A stretch of 64,000 bases of DNA from an uncultured Solirubrobacteraceae bacterium (GTDB lineage Bacteria > Actinomycetota > Thermoleophilia > Solirubrobacterales > Solirubrobacteraceae): assembly GCA_963716355.1 (NCBI GenBank), contig OY970308.1:1707433-1771432 (forward strand), read 5' to 3'. The position numbers and the translations under genes were made by a program. Shown here in pieces: positions 43,244 to 54,506 of the stretch (its first letter is position 1; every line of letters begins with the position of its first letter). The notes beneath the pieces are model-generated. The model did no database searches. It was not told the DNA's origin and worked only from the letters and a program-made list of their open reading frames with translations.

Positions 43244-44213
43244 CTATCCGCTGGCTGCGAGCGGTCCGACGCCGGCCGCGCCTGCGGCACGTGCTGGTCG
43301 GCGTGGTAGGAGGAGCGCACGAGCGGGCCGGCGGCGACGTGGTCGAAGCCGAGCTCGTAGGCGGCGTGCTCGAGCGCCGCGAACTCGTCGGGGTGCCAGT
43401 AGCGGACGATCGGCAGGTGGCGCTCGGAGGGGCGCAGGTACTGCCCGACGGTGAGCACGCCGCACGCCGTTCTCGCGCAGCGCGGCGAACGTCTCGACCA
43501 TCTCCTCGTGGGTCTCGCCGAGCCCGACCATCAGGCCGGACTTCGTCACGACCTCGCCCTCGCCGAGCTCGTCCGGCGAGGCGCAGCACGCGGCAGGAGC
43601 GCTCGAACTCCGAGCCGCGGCGCGCGATCGGGTACAGCCGCGGAACGACCTCGACGTTGTGGTTGAACACGTCGGGGCGCTCGGCGATGACCTTCGCGAG
43701 CGGCATCTCCTGGCCCTGGAAGTCGGGCGTGAGCACCTCGATCTGGCAGTCGGGCGCCTGGCGTCGCACCTGGCGGATCGACGCCCACGAACGCCGAGGC
43801 GCCCTTGTCGGGCAGGTCGTCGCGGTCGACGGAGGTGATGACCGCGTGGCGCAGCCCCATGCGCGCGATCGAGCGCGCCACGCGCGCGGGCTCGAGCGGG
43901 TCGTTCCACGTCGGCTTGCCGGTCTTCACGTTGCAGAAGCCGCAGCGGCGCGTGCAGGTGTCGCCGAGGATCATGAACGTGGCGGTGCCGCGCTCCCAGC
44001 ACTCGCCCACGTTCGGGCAGGCGGCCTCCTGGCAGACGGTGTGCAGGTTCTCCGAGCGGATCAGCTCGGTCAGCTCGCGGTAGCGCTGCGCCGCCGGGCG
44101 GCGGGCACCTTGAACCAGGGCGGCTTGCGCTCGCGCAGCGGCCGCACGTCGGAGCCGAGCACCTTCAGCACGTCCATGCCGCCGGGGTTGGATCGCGAGC
44201 GGGTGGCACTCAC
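43244..44213 (-). CDS. lipA: Lipoyl synthase; frameshifted
   Basis: [26 protein letters not shown] and VRSSYHA motifs. Confidence 0.95.
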
Positions 44214-44340
44214 GCCGGAACGGCCTCTGCGATCGGGCTTGGATCTTTAGGGGCACGCTTTGAGGCGTGCCTCTCGGCGTGCGTTGTGGCGATGCCCAGG
44301 CGATGCGGCGAGACGAGGCGCTGGCGCCGTGCAGTGGGCG

Positions 44341-44961
44341 CTACAGAAGCAGTGGGCGATGCGCTTGCGGAAGCACGCGAGCGACTCGCGATCGCCGGAG
44401 CTCTCGGCGGCGACCGACGTCATCCGCACGTCGGGCAGCCCGCACGCGACGACCCACGAGAACGGCTCGAGGTCGTTCTCGACGTTGACGGCGAAGCCGT
44501 GCGTGGAGATCGCCGCGCGAGACGTGCACGCCGAGCGAGGCGATCTTGCGATCCTCGACCCACACGCCGGTGTAGTCGGGGCCGTCGTGCGGTCGCGCGC
44601 GCGCGACGATGCCGACCTCGCCGAGCGCGGCGATGATCGCGTCCTCCATCGTGCGCAGGTGCGCGACGACGTCGGCGACGGCCATGATCGGGTAGCCCAC
44701 CAGCTGGCCGGGGCCGTGGTAGGTGATGCGCCCGCCGCGGTCGGTGTCGATCACGTCGATGCCTTTGGCGCGGTAGAAGTCCTCGCCGAACGGCAGACTC
44801 GCCGTCGGCGGAGCGCCGTCCGCGCGTGTACACGGGCGGGTGCTCGAGCAGCAGCAGCGTGTCGGGGATCTCGCCGGACTGGCGCCGGCCGCGGAGTGTC
44901 TCCTGGATGGCCACGCCGTCGGAGTAGGGGACGAGGCCCAGGTGGCAGACCCAGAGCTCAT
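44341..44961 (-). CDS. lipB: Lipoyl(octanoyl) transferase; frameshifted
   Basis: LEHPPVYT, RGGRITYHGPGQLVGYPI and RKIASLG motifs. Confidence 0.93.
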   Translation of the reverse strand: MSSGSATWASSPTPTAWPSRRHSAAGASPARSPTRCCCSSTRPCTRADGAPPTASLPFGEDFYRAKGIDVIDTDRGGRITYHGPGQLVGYPIMAVADVVAHLRTMEDAIIAALGEVGIVARARPHDGPDYTGVWVEDRKIASLGVHVSRGDLHARLRRQRRERPRAVLVGRRVRAARRADDVGRRRELRRSRVARVLPQAHRPLLL

Positions 44962-45017
44962 CGGAGGCTTGCTTGCAGCGTTCATCCGCACTTCAGCCTA
45001 GCGACACACCATCGAGG

Positions 45018-45050
45018 CATCATGACAGCAAGCTTGCTGATGTTATGATG
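45018..45050. promoter_or_regulatory. vapBC promoter/operator
   Basis: CAGCAAGCTTGCTG palindrome (45026-45039) nested in a CATCATGACA/TGTTATGATG repeat; TATGAT -10 box 7 nt before ATG. Confidence 0.65.
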
Positions 45051-45056
45051 CTTCCG

Positions 45057-45317
45057 ATGAGAACGACCGTGACACTCGACGAGGATGTCGCCGCGAAGTT
45101 GAAGCAGGCCGCGCGTGAGCGCGGGGTGTCGTTCAAGGCGGTGCTCAACGACGCGGTGCGCGCCGGTCTGAACGGGCAGTCTCCGCCCGCTCGGCCCTAT
45201 CGGATGAAAACTTTCCCCATGGGTGTGCGGCCGGGGGTCAACCTGGACAAGGCGCTCCAGCTCGCGGGGGAACTGGAGGACGAAGAGATCTTGCGCAAGA
45301 TGGCCTTGCGCAAGTGA
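45057..45317 (+). CDS. Ribbon-helix-helix VapB-like antitoxin
   Basis: MRTTVTLDEDV..SFKAVLNDAVRAGL..NLDKALQLAGELED. Confidence 0.9.
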   Translation: MRTTVTLDEDVAAKLKQAARERGVSFKAVLNDAVRAGLNGQSPPARPYRMKTFPMGVRPGVNLDKALQLAGELEDEEILRKMALRK

Positions 45318-45748
45318 AGCTGCCCGACGTCAACATCTTTCTGTACGCGGCGGACGAGGCTTCACCCCGACACGACGGCGCGTTGGCGTGGGTCGACGAG
45401 ACGCTCTCGGGCTCCGAGACGGTCGCGCTGGCGTGGGCGACCCTCATCGGCTTCATCCGAATCAGCACCAATCCGGTCGCCTTCGCAGGCGCGCTCGAAC
45501 CGAACGTCGCGCTCGATCTGGTCGACAGCTGGCTCGCACAGCCGTCCGTCACGATCATCCACCCAACAGATCGGCACGCGGCCGTCTTGCGAGAGATGCT
45601 CGCGCCAGTCGGCACGGCCGGCAACCTCACGAGCGACGCGCACCTCGCCGCTCTCGCGATCGAGCACGGCGCGACGCTCTGCTCCTGCGACAACGACTTC
45701 TCACGCTTCCCGGGATTGCGCTGGGAAGATCCATTGGCAAACCCCTAG
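45314..45748 (+). CDS. PIN-domain VapC toxin
   Basis: PDVNIFLYA, GNLTSDAHLAALAIEH and DNDFSRF motifs; GTGA overlap. Confidence 0.93.
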   Translation: MKLPDVNIFLYAADEASPRHDGALAWVDETLSGSETVALAWATLIGFIRISTNPVAFAGALEPNVALDLVDSWLAQPSVTIIHPTDRHAAVLREMLAPVGTAGNLTSDAHLAALAIEHGATLCSCDNDFSRFPGLRWEDPLANP

Positions 45749-45758
45749 AGGAGGTCGG

Positions 45759-46232
45759 ATGACGTATCGAGCAGTGGCCCGCATGGCGGTATTCACAGGA
45801 GTGCTCTGTTGCATGGCGATCGGCCCGGTTACGACCGCGTCGGCGAGTGGCAGGAGCATCGAGGTCGCCATCGCGAGCTATGGCTCGAAGATCCAAACCG
45901 CCGAAGAAAACGTCTCGAAGGCCGTCAAGGAATACGAAACGAGCAAAGACCCAACGGGGGTCGAGGCGGCGATCGCCCACTCCGCGGCGGTGCTCGGATC
46001 GCTGAGGTCAAAGGTCGTTCACCAGTCGACCGGCACGCGGCGCGTGAAGCGGGCGAAGGCCAAAATCGTGCAGGGACTTCAGGCGGTGATCTCGGGGTAC
46101 GGCGTGCTGTCGAAGGCCTACGAAGAGAAGGCCGCGAGCCCTGAAGCCGCGAACACGGACGCAGCCAACGCCCTCTCGCTGGTGAAGAAGGGCAAGAAGG
46201 AGCTGGACGCGGGCGTGAACCTGCTCAAGTGA
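45759..46232 (+). CDS. Secreted helical hypothetical protein
   Basis: GAGGAGG RBS; signal peptide ending TASA; Ala/Lys-rich. Confidence 0.7.
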   Translation: MTYRAVARMAVFTGVLCCMAIGPVTTASASGRSIEVAIASYGSKIQTAEENVSKAVKEYETSKDPTGVEAAIAHSAAVLGSLRSKVVHQSTGTRRVKRAKAKIVQGLQAVISGYGVLSKAYEEKAASPEAANTDAANALSLVKKGKKELDAGVNLLK

Positions 46233-46238
46233 CGACGC

Positions 46239-47447
46239 TCACAGCGTCAGCGCGGACGGCGTCTCCAGCAGCTCGCGCACGCGCGCGAGGAGCTGGGCGG
46301 CGTCCGCGCCGTAGAGGATGCGGTGGTCGCACACGAGCGTGAGCGTCATCGTGTGGCGGATCGCGACCGGCATCGCCGTCCGCGCCGTCGTCCGCACGAC
46401 CGCGCGCCGTTCGAGCGCGCCGACAGACAGGATCGCGGCCTGCGGCGGGTTGATGATCGCGGTGAAGCTCCTCACGCCGAACATGCCGAGGTTGGAGACG
46501 GTGAACGTGCCGCCGCCGAGCTCCGGCGGCGTGATCGTGCCCGCGCGCACGCGCTGCGGCCAGCGCGCGCGTCTCGCGGGCGATCTCCCCGAGCGACTTC
46601 TCGTCCGCGTCGAACACGGTGGGCACGACCAGCGCGTCGTCGGCCGCCACCGCCACGCCGACGTTGACGCGCGAGTGAAGCTGCAGGCGCCCGTCGCGGT
46701 AGCTGCCGTTGGCGCGCGGGTGCTCGCGCAGCGCCAGCGCGCACGCCTTCACGACCATGTCGTTGTACGTCGGCACTGCGGCCGGCGCCGCCGAGCCGTG
46801 CTGGTCGGGCGCGTCGGGTGCGACAGGCGCTTGAGCTCGGAGCGCAGCTTCACGCACTCCTCCATGTCCACGTCGCATCTGCAGCGAGAAGTCAGGGATC
46901 GTGGCCTTCGACTCGGCCATCCGCCGCGCGATCGTCTGCTGCGTGCGCGTCAGCTCGACCGTGGTCGTCTCGCCCTTCGCGGTCGCCACGCTTGCCACTG
47001 TTGGGGAGGCATTCTCGACGTCCGCCTTCACGATCCGTCCTCCCGGTCCGCTGCCGGCCACGTCGTGCAGGTCGATTCCCGTCTCTGCGCGATGCGCCGC
47101 GCCAGCGGCGAGGCCTTGATCCGCTCGCTGTCGTCCGCTGGCTCATGGGTTGGAGGCGGAGTGGCTCGCGGCGCCGCAGGAGCGTCCTCCACCATGGCTG
47201 GCGTCGGTGCCGGGGCACCGTCGCCGACGTGCGCGATCACCTCGCCCACCGCCAGCGTCGTCCCCTCGGCGGCGACGATCGCGAGCGTGCCCTGCTGGTC
47301 CGACTCGTAGATCATGGTGGCCTTGTCCGTCTCGATCTCGACCAGCTCCTCGCCGCGCGCCACCTCCTCGCCGTCGGACTTGAGCCAGCGCAGGATCGTG
47401 CCCTCCTCCATCGTGTCCGACAGGCGCGGCATCACGATCTCGGCCAT
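46239..47447 (-). CDS. Dihydrolipoamide acyltransferase (E2); frameshifted
   Basis: EIETDKAT lipoyl site, KASPLARR and DHRILYG motifs. Confidence 0.92.
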
Positions 47448-48483
47448 CACGCGCCTCCGTCCCGGGCAGCGGTGGCCGACGCGCCCGCGCCCGTGGGCGC
47501 GCGGTTGAGCGTGGCGAGCGCCGCGTTGACGATCTGCGGCTCGTGCGGGTAGGCGATGTCCTCGAGCGGCTTGGAGTACGGCATCGGCACGTCCGCGCCG
47601 GTGACGCGGCACACGGGCGCGTCGAGGTCGTCGAAGGCCTGTTCGCCGATCAGCGCGGCGAGGTTCGCGCCGACGCCGCCGTGCGGCCAGCCCTCCTCGA
47701 CGATCACGCAGCGGTTCGTCCTGCGCACGGACGCGAGGATCGTGTCGAGGTCGAGCGGGCGCAGCGTGCGCGGGTCGATCACCTCCGCCTCCACGCCGTG
47801 CTCGTCGGCGAGCGTCTCCGCGGCGCGCTCCGCGGTGAGCGCCATCCGCGAGACGCCGACGATCGTCACGTCGGCGCCCTCGCCGCGCGACGCGCGCACG
47901 GCCGAAGGGCACCAGCTCCTCCTCGCCGTCGGGAACCTCGCCGCGCACCCCGTAGAGCGACTCGTGCTCGATGAAGATCACGGGGTTCTCGTCGCGGATG
48001 GCGCTCTTCAGCAGCCCCTTCGCGTCGGCCGGCGTCGCGGGCACGGCGACGAGCAGGCCGGGCACGTGCAGGAACATCGCCTCCAGGCAGTGCGAGTGCG
48101 TGGGGCCCGAGCTGGTGCCCCGCGCCCTGGGGCATCCGCACGACGAGCGGCACGCTCACCTGGCCCCCGAACATGTAGTGGATGTGCGCGGCGTGGTTGA
48201 CGATCTGGTCGAACGCGAGCAGCGAGAAGTTGATCGTCATCAGCTCCACGACCGGGCGCAGGCCGGTCATCGCCGCGCCGACGCCCACGCCCACGATCGT
48301 GTTCTCGGAGATCGGCGTGTCGCGCACGCGGCGCTCGCCGAACTCCTCGAGCAGGCCGTCGGTGACCTTGAAGGCGCCGCCGAAGACGCCGATGTCCTCG
48401 CCCATCAGGATCACGCGCTCGTCGCGCGCCATCTCCTCGCGCAGCGCCGCGTTCAGCGCCTCGCGGTAGCGCATCACGGTCAT
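47447..48483 (-). CDS. 2-oxoacid (pyruvate) dehydrogenase E1 beta; frameshifted
   Basis: [17 protein letters not shown] and RTLRPLD motifs. Confidence 0.92.
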
Positions 48484-49512
48484 CGCTGGCCCGTCCTCAC
48501 GGAGTACACGCCGCGGACCTCCTCGTCGAGCACGTACACGTCGTCGTAGAGCGACTCCGGGCCTGGGAACGGCGAGGCGTCGGCGAACGCCGTCGCCGCG
48601 TCCACCCGCGCGATCGCCTCCGCGTCGATGCGCTCGCGCTCCTGCGCGTCGAGGACGCCCCGCGCGACGAGCAGCTCGCCGAACGCGGGGAGCGGGTCGC
48701 GCTCGCGCCAGCGCGCGACCTCCTCCTTGGTGCGGTACTGCTCCGGGTCGGCCATCGAGTGGCCGCGGAAGCGGTAGGTGACCGCCTCGACGAGCACCGG
48801 GCGGCGGTCTTCGCGCACGCGGCGCACCGCCTCGGCGACCACGGCGTAGGTGTCCAGCACGTCCATCCCGTCGCAGCGCATGCCCGGCACGCCGAGGCTC
48901 TCGCCCTTGCGCTGCAGGTCGGTCACCGCGGAGTGGCGCTGCAGCGAGGTGCCCATGCCGAACTGGTTGTTGGTGACCATGAACACGACCGGCAGCCTCC
49001 ACAGCGCGGCGAGGTTGAGCGTCTCGCCGAACGTGCCCTGGTTGGAGGCGCCGTCGCCGAACGTGCACAGCGTCACCTCGTCGGTGCCCGCGTAGTCGCT
49101 CGCGAGCGCGATGCCGGCGGCGATCGGCAGGTTGCCGCCGACGATGCCGTAGCCGCCCATGAAGCGGTTCGCCAGGTCGAACATGTGCATCGAGCCGCCG
49201 CGTCCGCCCGAGCAGCCGTCGACGCGCCCGAACAGCTCCGCCATCACGTTCTCCGGCGGCGTGCCGCGCACGAGCGCGTGACCGTGCGAGCGGTACGTGG
49301 AGATCAGGTAGTCGCTGTCGCGCAGCGCGCGCGCGCTGCCCGACGATCGTCGCCTCCTCGCCGATCGACAGGTGCAGGAAGCCGCCGACTTTGGCGCGCG
49401 CGTACATCTCGCCCGCGCGCTCCTCGAAGCGGCGGATCAGCGTCATCGTCGCGAGCCACTCGCGCGCGACATCCGCTGCGGGCAGTGCGGGGGCGGGCGA
49501 GCTACCGGCCAT
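48480..49512 (-). CDS. pdhA: Pyruvate dehydrogenase E1 alpha; frameshifted
   Basis: [26 protein letters not shown] and [11 protein letters not shown] motifs. Confidence 0.9.
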
Positions 49513-49752
49513 CAGAGCTCCACGGTACTCCAGCGCGCGATGAACTCCCCCGCGTCCAGCTGCGCCAGGTCCGCGCGCAGCTCGGCGCGCGAGCTTCGAC
49601 GCCTCCAGCGGCGCCAGATCCCAGAACAGCACCACTTCGCCGCTGTCGATCTCCACCACCTCGATGTGGTCCACGCGCTCGGGGTCGGCGAGCATCGCCG
49701 GCGCGCGCCCGCCGCGGGTGACGATCAGGCGGTAGGCGTGTCTCGCCCTCAC
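49512..49752 (-). CDS. Small hypothetical protein; frameshifted
   Basis: [18 protein letters not shown]; overlaps both neighbours in the operon. Confidence 0.55.
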
Positions 49753-50367
49753 GGCCGCGCTCCCGCGGCAGGCGCACCTCGCATGTGCTCCGCGGCGTCC
49801 TCCAGCGCCCGCTCGCCCTGGAAGACGCGGGTTCGCTCTCCTGGCGGTCGCCTCGACGGCGATCGCGGGGACGTCGGTGACCCCCAGCGCGCCCGCCGCT
49901 GCGGTGCTCGCGCCGCAGCTGCTCGGCCACGGATCGCAGCTCCGCGCCGCGCAGCACGGCCGCGGGGTGCATCTCGCAGGCGGCGGCCGCGATCAGCACG
50001 AAGTCGGGCTTCTCCAGCGAGTGCCCGCCGGCGAACGCCTGGCGGAAGGCGGCCTGCGCGAACGGCACGGTGCGCCCGATCGACTTCGCGTAGGTGGCCA
50101 CGCGCATCGCGAGCGAGCTGTCGAACGGGAACGGCGCGGGCCAGCGCAGCGGCTGCAGGCCGAGCTCCTGCGCGCGGCGCGACACCTCGGCGCGGAAGAT
50201 CTCCTGCTCCTGCTCGCATCGCCACGCGTCGAGCGGGTCGGCGCCGACAGCTCGCGCGCGAGCACCGGCTGCCACTCGGCCGGCCCCGGCAGCACGTGCA
50301 GGACGCGCTCGGCGGCGAGGTACGCGAGCGGGCTCGCTAGGTCGAAGTAGAAGGCGGCTGCGGGCAC
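49749..50367 (-). CDS. DsbA/2-hydroxychromene-2-carboxylate isomerase-like protein; frameshifted
   Basis: [12 protein letters not shown]; WPAPFP..LAMR; GVTDVP. Confidence 0.75.
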
Positions 50368-50401
50368 CCGCCGAGGTTAGTGCGCAGCGACCCAGGCCGT
50401 C

Positions 50402-51771
50402 TCAGCCGTGGATGAGCCAGCCGTCGGCCGCGCGGCCCGCCTCCATCACGGCCTCCGACAGCGTCGGGTGGCCGTGGATGATGCGCGCCAGCTCGGGGTA
50501 GCCGCCCTCGAGCGGGCGCACGTTGACGAGCTCCTGGATCAGCTCGGTGGCGCGCGAGCCGACGATGTGCCCGCCGAGCAGCTCGCCGTAGTTGCTCTCG
50601 CCGACGATCTTCACCAGCCCGGTGCGGTCGCCGTAGACGGTGCCGCCGCCGACCGCGCCGTAGGGGACCTTGCCGACGACCACGTCGTAGCCCTGCTCGC
50701 GCGCCTGCTCCTCGGTGAGCCCGAACGAGCCGACGTTGGGGGTGCAGAACGTCGCGCGGGGGATGTCCACGTAGGAGATCGGGTGCGTCGGGCGCCCCGC
50801 GATGTCCTCGGCCGCGATGATGCCCTCGTCAGAGGCCTTGTGCGCCAGCGCGGGGCCGGCGACCAGGTCACCGATCGCGTACACGCCCGCTCGCGAGGTG
50901 CGCAGCGCGCCGTCGACCTTGACGAGCCCGCGCTCGTCCAGTTCCACGCCGACCTCCGTCAGCCCGAGTCCGACGACGTCGGCGCCGCGCCCCGCTGCGA
51001 TCACCACGTAGTCGACCTCCGCCGAGTTGGAGCCGTAGGAGAAGCTCACGCTCGCGTCGGTCGCGTTCACGTCGGCGACCGGTGTGCCGGTGTGCACGTC
51101 GATGCCCTGCGCTTCAGGCCGCGCTCGACCAGCCGCGAGATGTCCGCGTCCTCGCTGGGCAGCACGCGGTCGAGCGCCTCGAGCAGCAGCACCTCGCTGC
51201 CGAGGCGTGCGAACGCCGAGGCGATCTCCGCGCCGGAGGCGCCCGCGCCGACGACCGCGAGGCGCGCGGGGATCTCCTGCAGCGCCCACGCCTCCTCGGT
51301 GCCGATGATCCGGCCACCGAACTCGACGCCCGGGATCGGCTTGGGGACGGAACCTGTGGCGAGGATGACGCTGCCCGCGCCGATCGCCGTGTCGCCGACC
51401 GTCACGCCGCCGTCCGCCGTGAGCGCGGCGTCGCCCTCGACCAGATCGATTTTGTTTTTCTTGAATAGACCGCTCACGCCTGAGGTGAGCGTGGAGACGA
51501 CCTTCTCGCGTCGCGCCTGGATGGCGGCGTAGTCGACCTCCACGCCGCTGATCTTCAGGCCGAACTCCTCGCCGTCTCGAATCTCGCTCAGCAGATCGGC
51601 GGAGCGCAGCACCGCCTTGGCGGGGATGCAGGCGTAGTTCAGGCACCGTCCGCCGACCTTGTCGCGCTCGACGACGGCGGTCCTCAGACCGAGTTGCGCG
51701 GCGCGGATCGCGGCCACGTAGCCGCCCGGCCCGGAGCCGATGACGATGCAGTCGTAGGAGTCCTCAGCCAT
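50402..51771 (-). CDS. lpdA: Dihydrolipoyl dehydrogenase (E3); one frameshift ~51110
   Basis: GSGPGG, GGRCLNYACIP and HPTLSE motifs. Confidence 0.95.
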
Positions 51772-51814
51772 CTGCGCCTGAGCCTATCGAAGCGCCCCAC
51801 GCGCGGACGGGTCG

Positions 51815-52270
51815 CTAATTGTGGGCGTCCAGCTCCCGGCGTTCGCCGGCCTGGATGCGACCCATGACGCGCACCAGCTTCCAGAACAGCCAGCCGCCGA
51901 GTCCGATGCCGAGCAGGCACACGGCCGCGGCGAGCAGCGTGGAGGCGACGACGAGCGCGAGCGAGGAGAACATGATCTGCACCGCGAGCAGCGCCTCGAA
52001 GCCGAGCACCGCGTAGTAGCGGCCGCGGTACATGCCCTGGGCGAGCAGCGCGAGGATCGCGGCGATGAACAGGGCGCCGGGCAGCGAGCCGCCCTTGCTG
52101 GAGAGGTCGTGGACGGTGAGGGCGCCGATGAGCACGGCGACCGCGAGCAGCGCGCACACCACGATGGCGGTCAGCAGCGCGCGCGGGCGCTCGTGCTCGT
52201 TGAGGGGCACGAGCGCCGCACGCGCCTGTGTGTCTCTGCCGGCCGAGGCCGTGTCATCGTCAGGAGTCAT
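51815..52270 (-). CDS. Four-TM membrane protein
   Basis: Hydrophobic segments; LFWKLVRVMGRIQ. Confidence 0.75.
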   Translation of the reverse strand: MTPDDDTASAGRDTQARAALVPLNEHERPRALLTAIVVCALLAVAVLIGALTVHDLSSKGGSLPGALFIAAILALLAQGMYRGRYYAVLGFEALLAVQIMFSSLALVVASTLLAAAVCLLGIGLGGWLFWKLVRVMGRIQAGERRELDAHN

Positions 52271-52322
52271 GGGTCGAGGTATAGCAACCCCGGCCTCTCA
52301 ACTCACACCGTCGGGATAGCGG

Positions 52323-54224
52323 CTATTCCCACTGCAAAGAACCTCCATCCAGGCTGACTAACAGGTTGCCCGTGTATTCTCCTTTGCTTTCTTCGGCGTA
52401 GGTGCACACCGCTTCTGTACCGGATGAGGTGATTCCTTTGATTTCCGGCGTAATGACCAGCTCTTTCCCGGTCGTCGCATACCCGAGAACTTTGAGACTC
52501 TGGTTTTTCGCGGACGGTATCGTCACGGTGCACAAAGGCGCCGTTACCGTGATGGTGTTTCTCAGACTCAGATAACCACCGGAGTTGATTTCGTACTGCA
52601 CTAACGAGACTTTGGCTGCGACGCCAAATGCTTTGCAGTTTTCGTACTCCACGGTCACCTGAGCTGTGCTGAAGGTGCCTGCTTTCACGGTGCCATCGGT
52701 GAAGCGCAGGGCAGTGCATTCGACTTTGCCCGCGGCCGTGGTGATCACCTGAGTCGCCAGCGCTTTTCCTAACAGTTTTCCCGAGCCGCTCGCCTTGAAG
52801 ATCCCCAGCTGTGGTCGAACTTCGTTTAACGTCGTCAGCAGTTCCAATTTGAGCGAACCCAGCGAGGTTTCAAGGGGCTCGTAGACAGGATTGTTGGTGG
52901 ATTCGTTTTTCCCTACGTGTGTCCCTTCCATGTAGACTTCTTTCCCAGTCGTGATGATCAACCACGGACCCCCGCTGTCGCCACTGGCGCTAACCGCTGT
53001 TTCGTCTTCTACGAGGTCTTTGGTTGTCAGCGTGCCGAAGCCAATCGTGACAAACGCGCGCCTGATTTTTCCGCATGATTCACCTGTAGTTGCGCCCTCA
53101 TGGCAATTCGCGGTGCCCACCACCGGTTTGTTGGCTCCCATCACCGGGGCCGATGTGAGCGGTTTCACGGACCAGAGGGCGCTCACCGCTAAGACGGGAT
53201 CGCTTCCTGGTTGCGTCCATGCACCCGGTTCAATCAGGATCGCTCCGTAGTCGCCGGTTTCATCGTCGACCGCCGCCGACGTCGTTCCGAATTTGCTCGA
53301 CGCTCCGCTGCGGTTGAACGTGGCCCAGGATGGAACGGATTTGGTGCAGTGTCCAGCAGTGAGCAGATAGGTGTCCGCTTTGTTCGAGCCTGTTGAAACG
53401 GCCAGCGGACCCGCGGTGCATTCTTGTGGTTTGCCATTCGTTAAGATGATCGTGACTCCGGAAGTGATCGTCTTGTCACAGTAAGCTTTTCCAGTGGTGA
53501 ACGCATTGCACGACGTCCCTATCTCTTGTCCGAGATGAGGCTTGTGGCGTGACCCGACGGCCACGATGGTGGCCACCGTGTCGGCGGACGCTAAATGCTC
53601 GAACGTAGATCGCAGAGACCCCGACACCAAGGCGTTCAACGTGATCGATACTGCGTTCTTCTGGGGAAGAAGCGCCGAACTCGCATCACCGTCGGCCAGT
53701 AGGCTGCCGAGCCTGCGATTCCATCTCGTCTGGGCCGCCTTCAACTGCCTCCAGGTCGACTGAACCGGCGTCTCCACGACGTGGGTCGCGAGGCCCAGGC
53801 TCCGGGTTACTGCTTCGGCTGTTCGACGGCTGGCGGCTGACGTGAAGCCTATGTGCACCAGCGCGTTGGCGGCGTCGAACCACACGCCCGCGAATCGGCT
53901 GCCCATCGCTGCTTCCACACGGTCCGCGAGGCGTGTCTTCGCGATCAGCCCCTGAACCCCGATAGCCTGCCGCGCGCGTGTCGGAGATATCCCCTCTCGT
54001 GTGAGGGCGCGGATCTCACCCTGGAGAAGCGAGTTGGCATCGACAGCCGAAACAGTCGGTTTGGTGGGGCGCGACGACGACCCAGGCACCGGCGGAGACG
54101 CCGTGGCGAGCAGCGGGCTCGCGGATCTCCAACCCATGTCGAACGCAACGGAGGATAAGACGGTTACCGCATTGATAATCGACGCCACGGCAAAGCAAGC
54201 CACGGCGAGCTTCATTGGTTTCAT
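52323..54224 (-). CDS. Secreted S1 (alpha-lytic-like) serine protease with pro-region and extra C-terminal domain
   Basis: AGGAG RBS, signal peptide, LTAGHC, GDYGAI and GDSGGP triad motifs. Confidence 0.88.
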   Translation of the reverse strand: MKPMKLAVACFAVASIINAVTVLSSVAFDMGWRSASPLLATASPPVPGSSSRPTKPTVSAVDANSLLQGEIRALTREGISPTRARQAIGVQGLIAKTRLADRVEAAMGSRFAGVWFDAANALVHIGFTSAASRRTAEAVTRSLGLATHVVETPVQSTWRQLKAAQTRWNRRLGSLLADGDASSALLPQKNAVSITLNALVSGSLRSTFEHLASADTVATIVAVGSRHKPHLGQEIGTSCNAFTTGKAYCDKTITSGVTIILTNGKPQECTAGPLAVSTGSNKADTYLLTAGHCTKSVPSWATFNRSGASSKFGTTSAAVDDETGDYGAILIEPGAWTQPGSDPVLAVSALWSVKPLTSAPVMGANKPVVGTANCHEGATTGESCGKIRRAFVTIGFGTLTTKDLVEDETAVSASGDSGGPWLIITTGKEVYMEGTHVGKNESTNNPVYEPLETSLGSLKLELLTTLNEVRPQLGIFKASGSGKLLGKALATQVITTAAGKVECTALRFTDGTVKAGTFSTAQVTVEYENCKAFGVAAKVSLVQYEINSGGYLSLRNTITVTAPLCTVTIPSAKNQSLKVLGYATTGKELVITPEIKGITSSGTEAVCTYAEESKGEYTGNLLVSLDGGSLQWE

Positions 54225-54506
54225 GATGTTGCTCCTCGTGAAATATGGTCAAATGCCAAGCACCAGCGGCTGCCACCGCTCCAGGCATGGTTCGATGAGC
54301 TTTCACGTGAGCCGGTGTGGTTATTCTGCTACGCGCGAGCAGTTCCATCTCTTGCCTCCCGGTCTCGGATGGCTGTGGCCGACCCGACTGCCCCAGTCAC
54401 TTATAGACCAGCGCTTGGAACCGTACTGATTTACGGTACGGCTGCTATAGCACCCGTCGGGCTGGCCGTCAAGGAAATGAGCAAATTGTCTCTCGCTGTT
54501 CGACAA

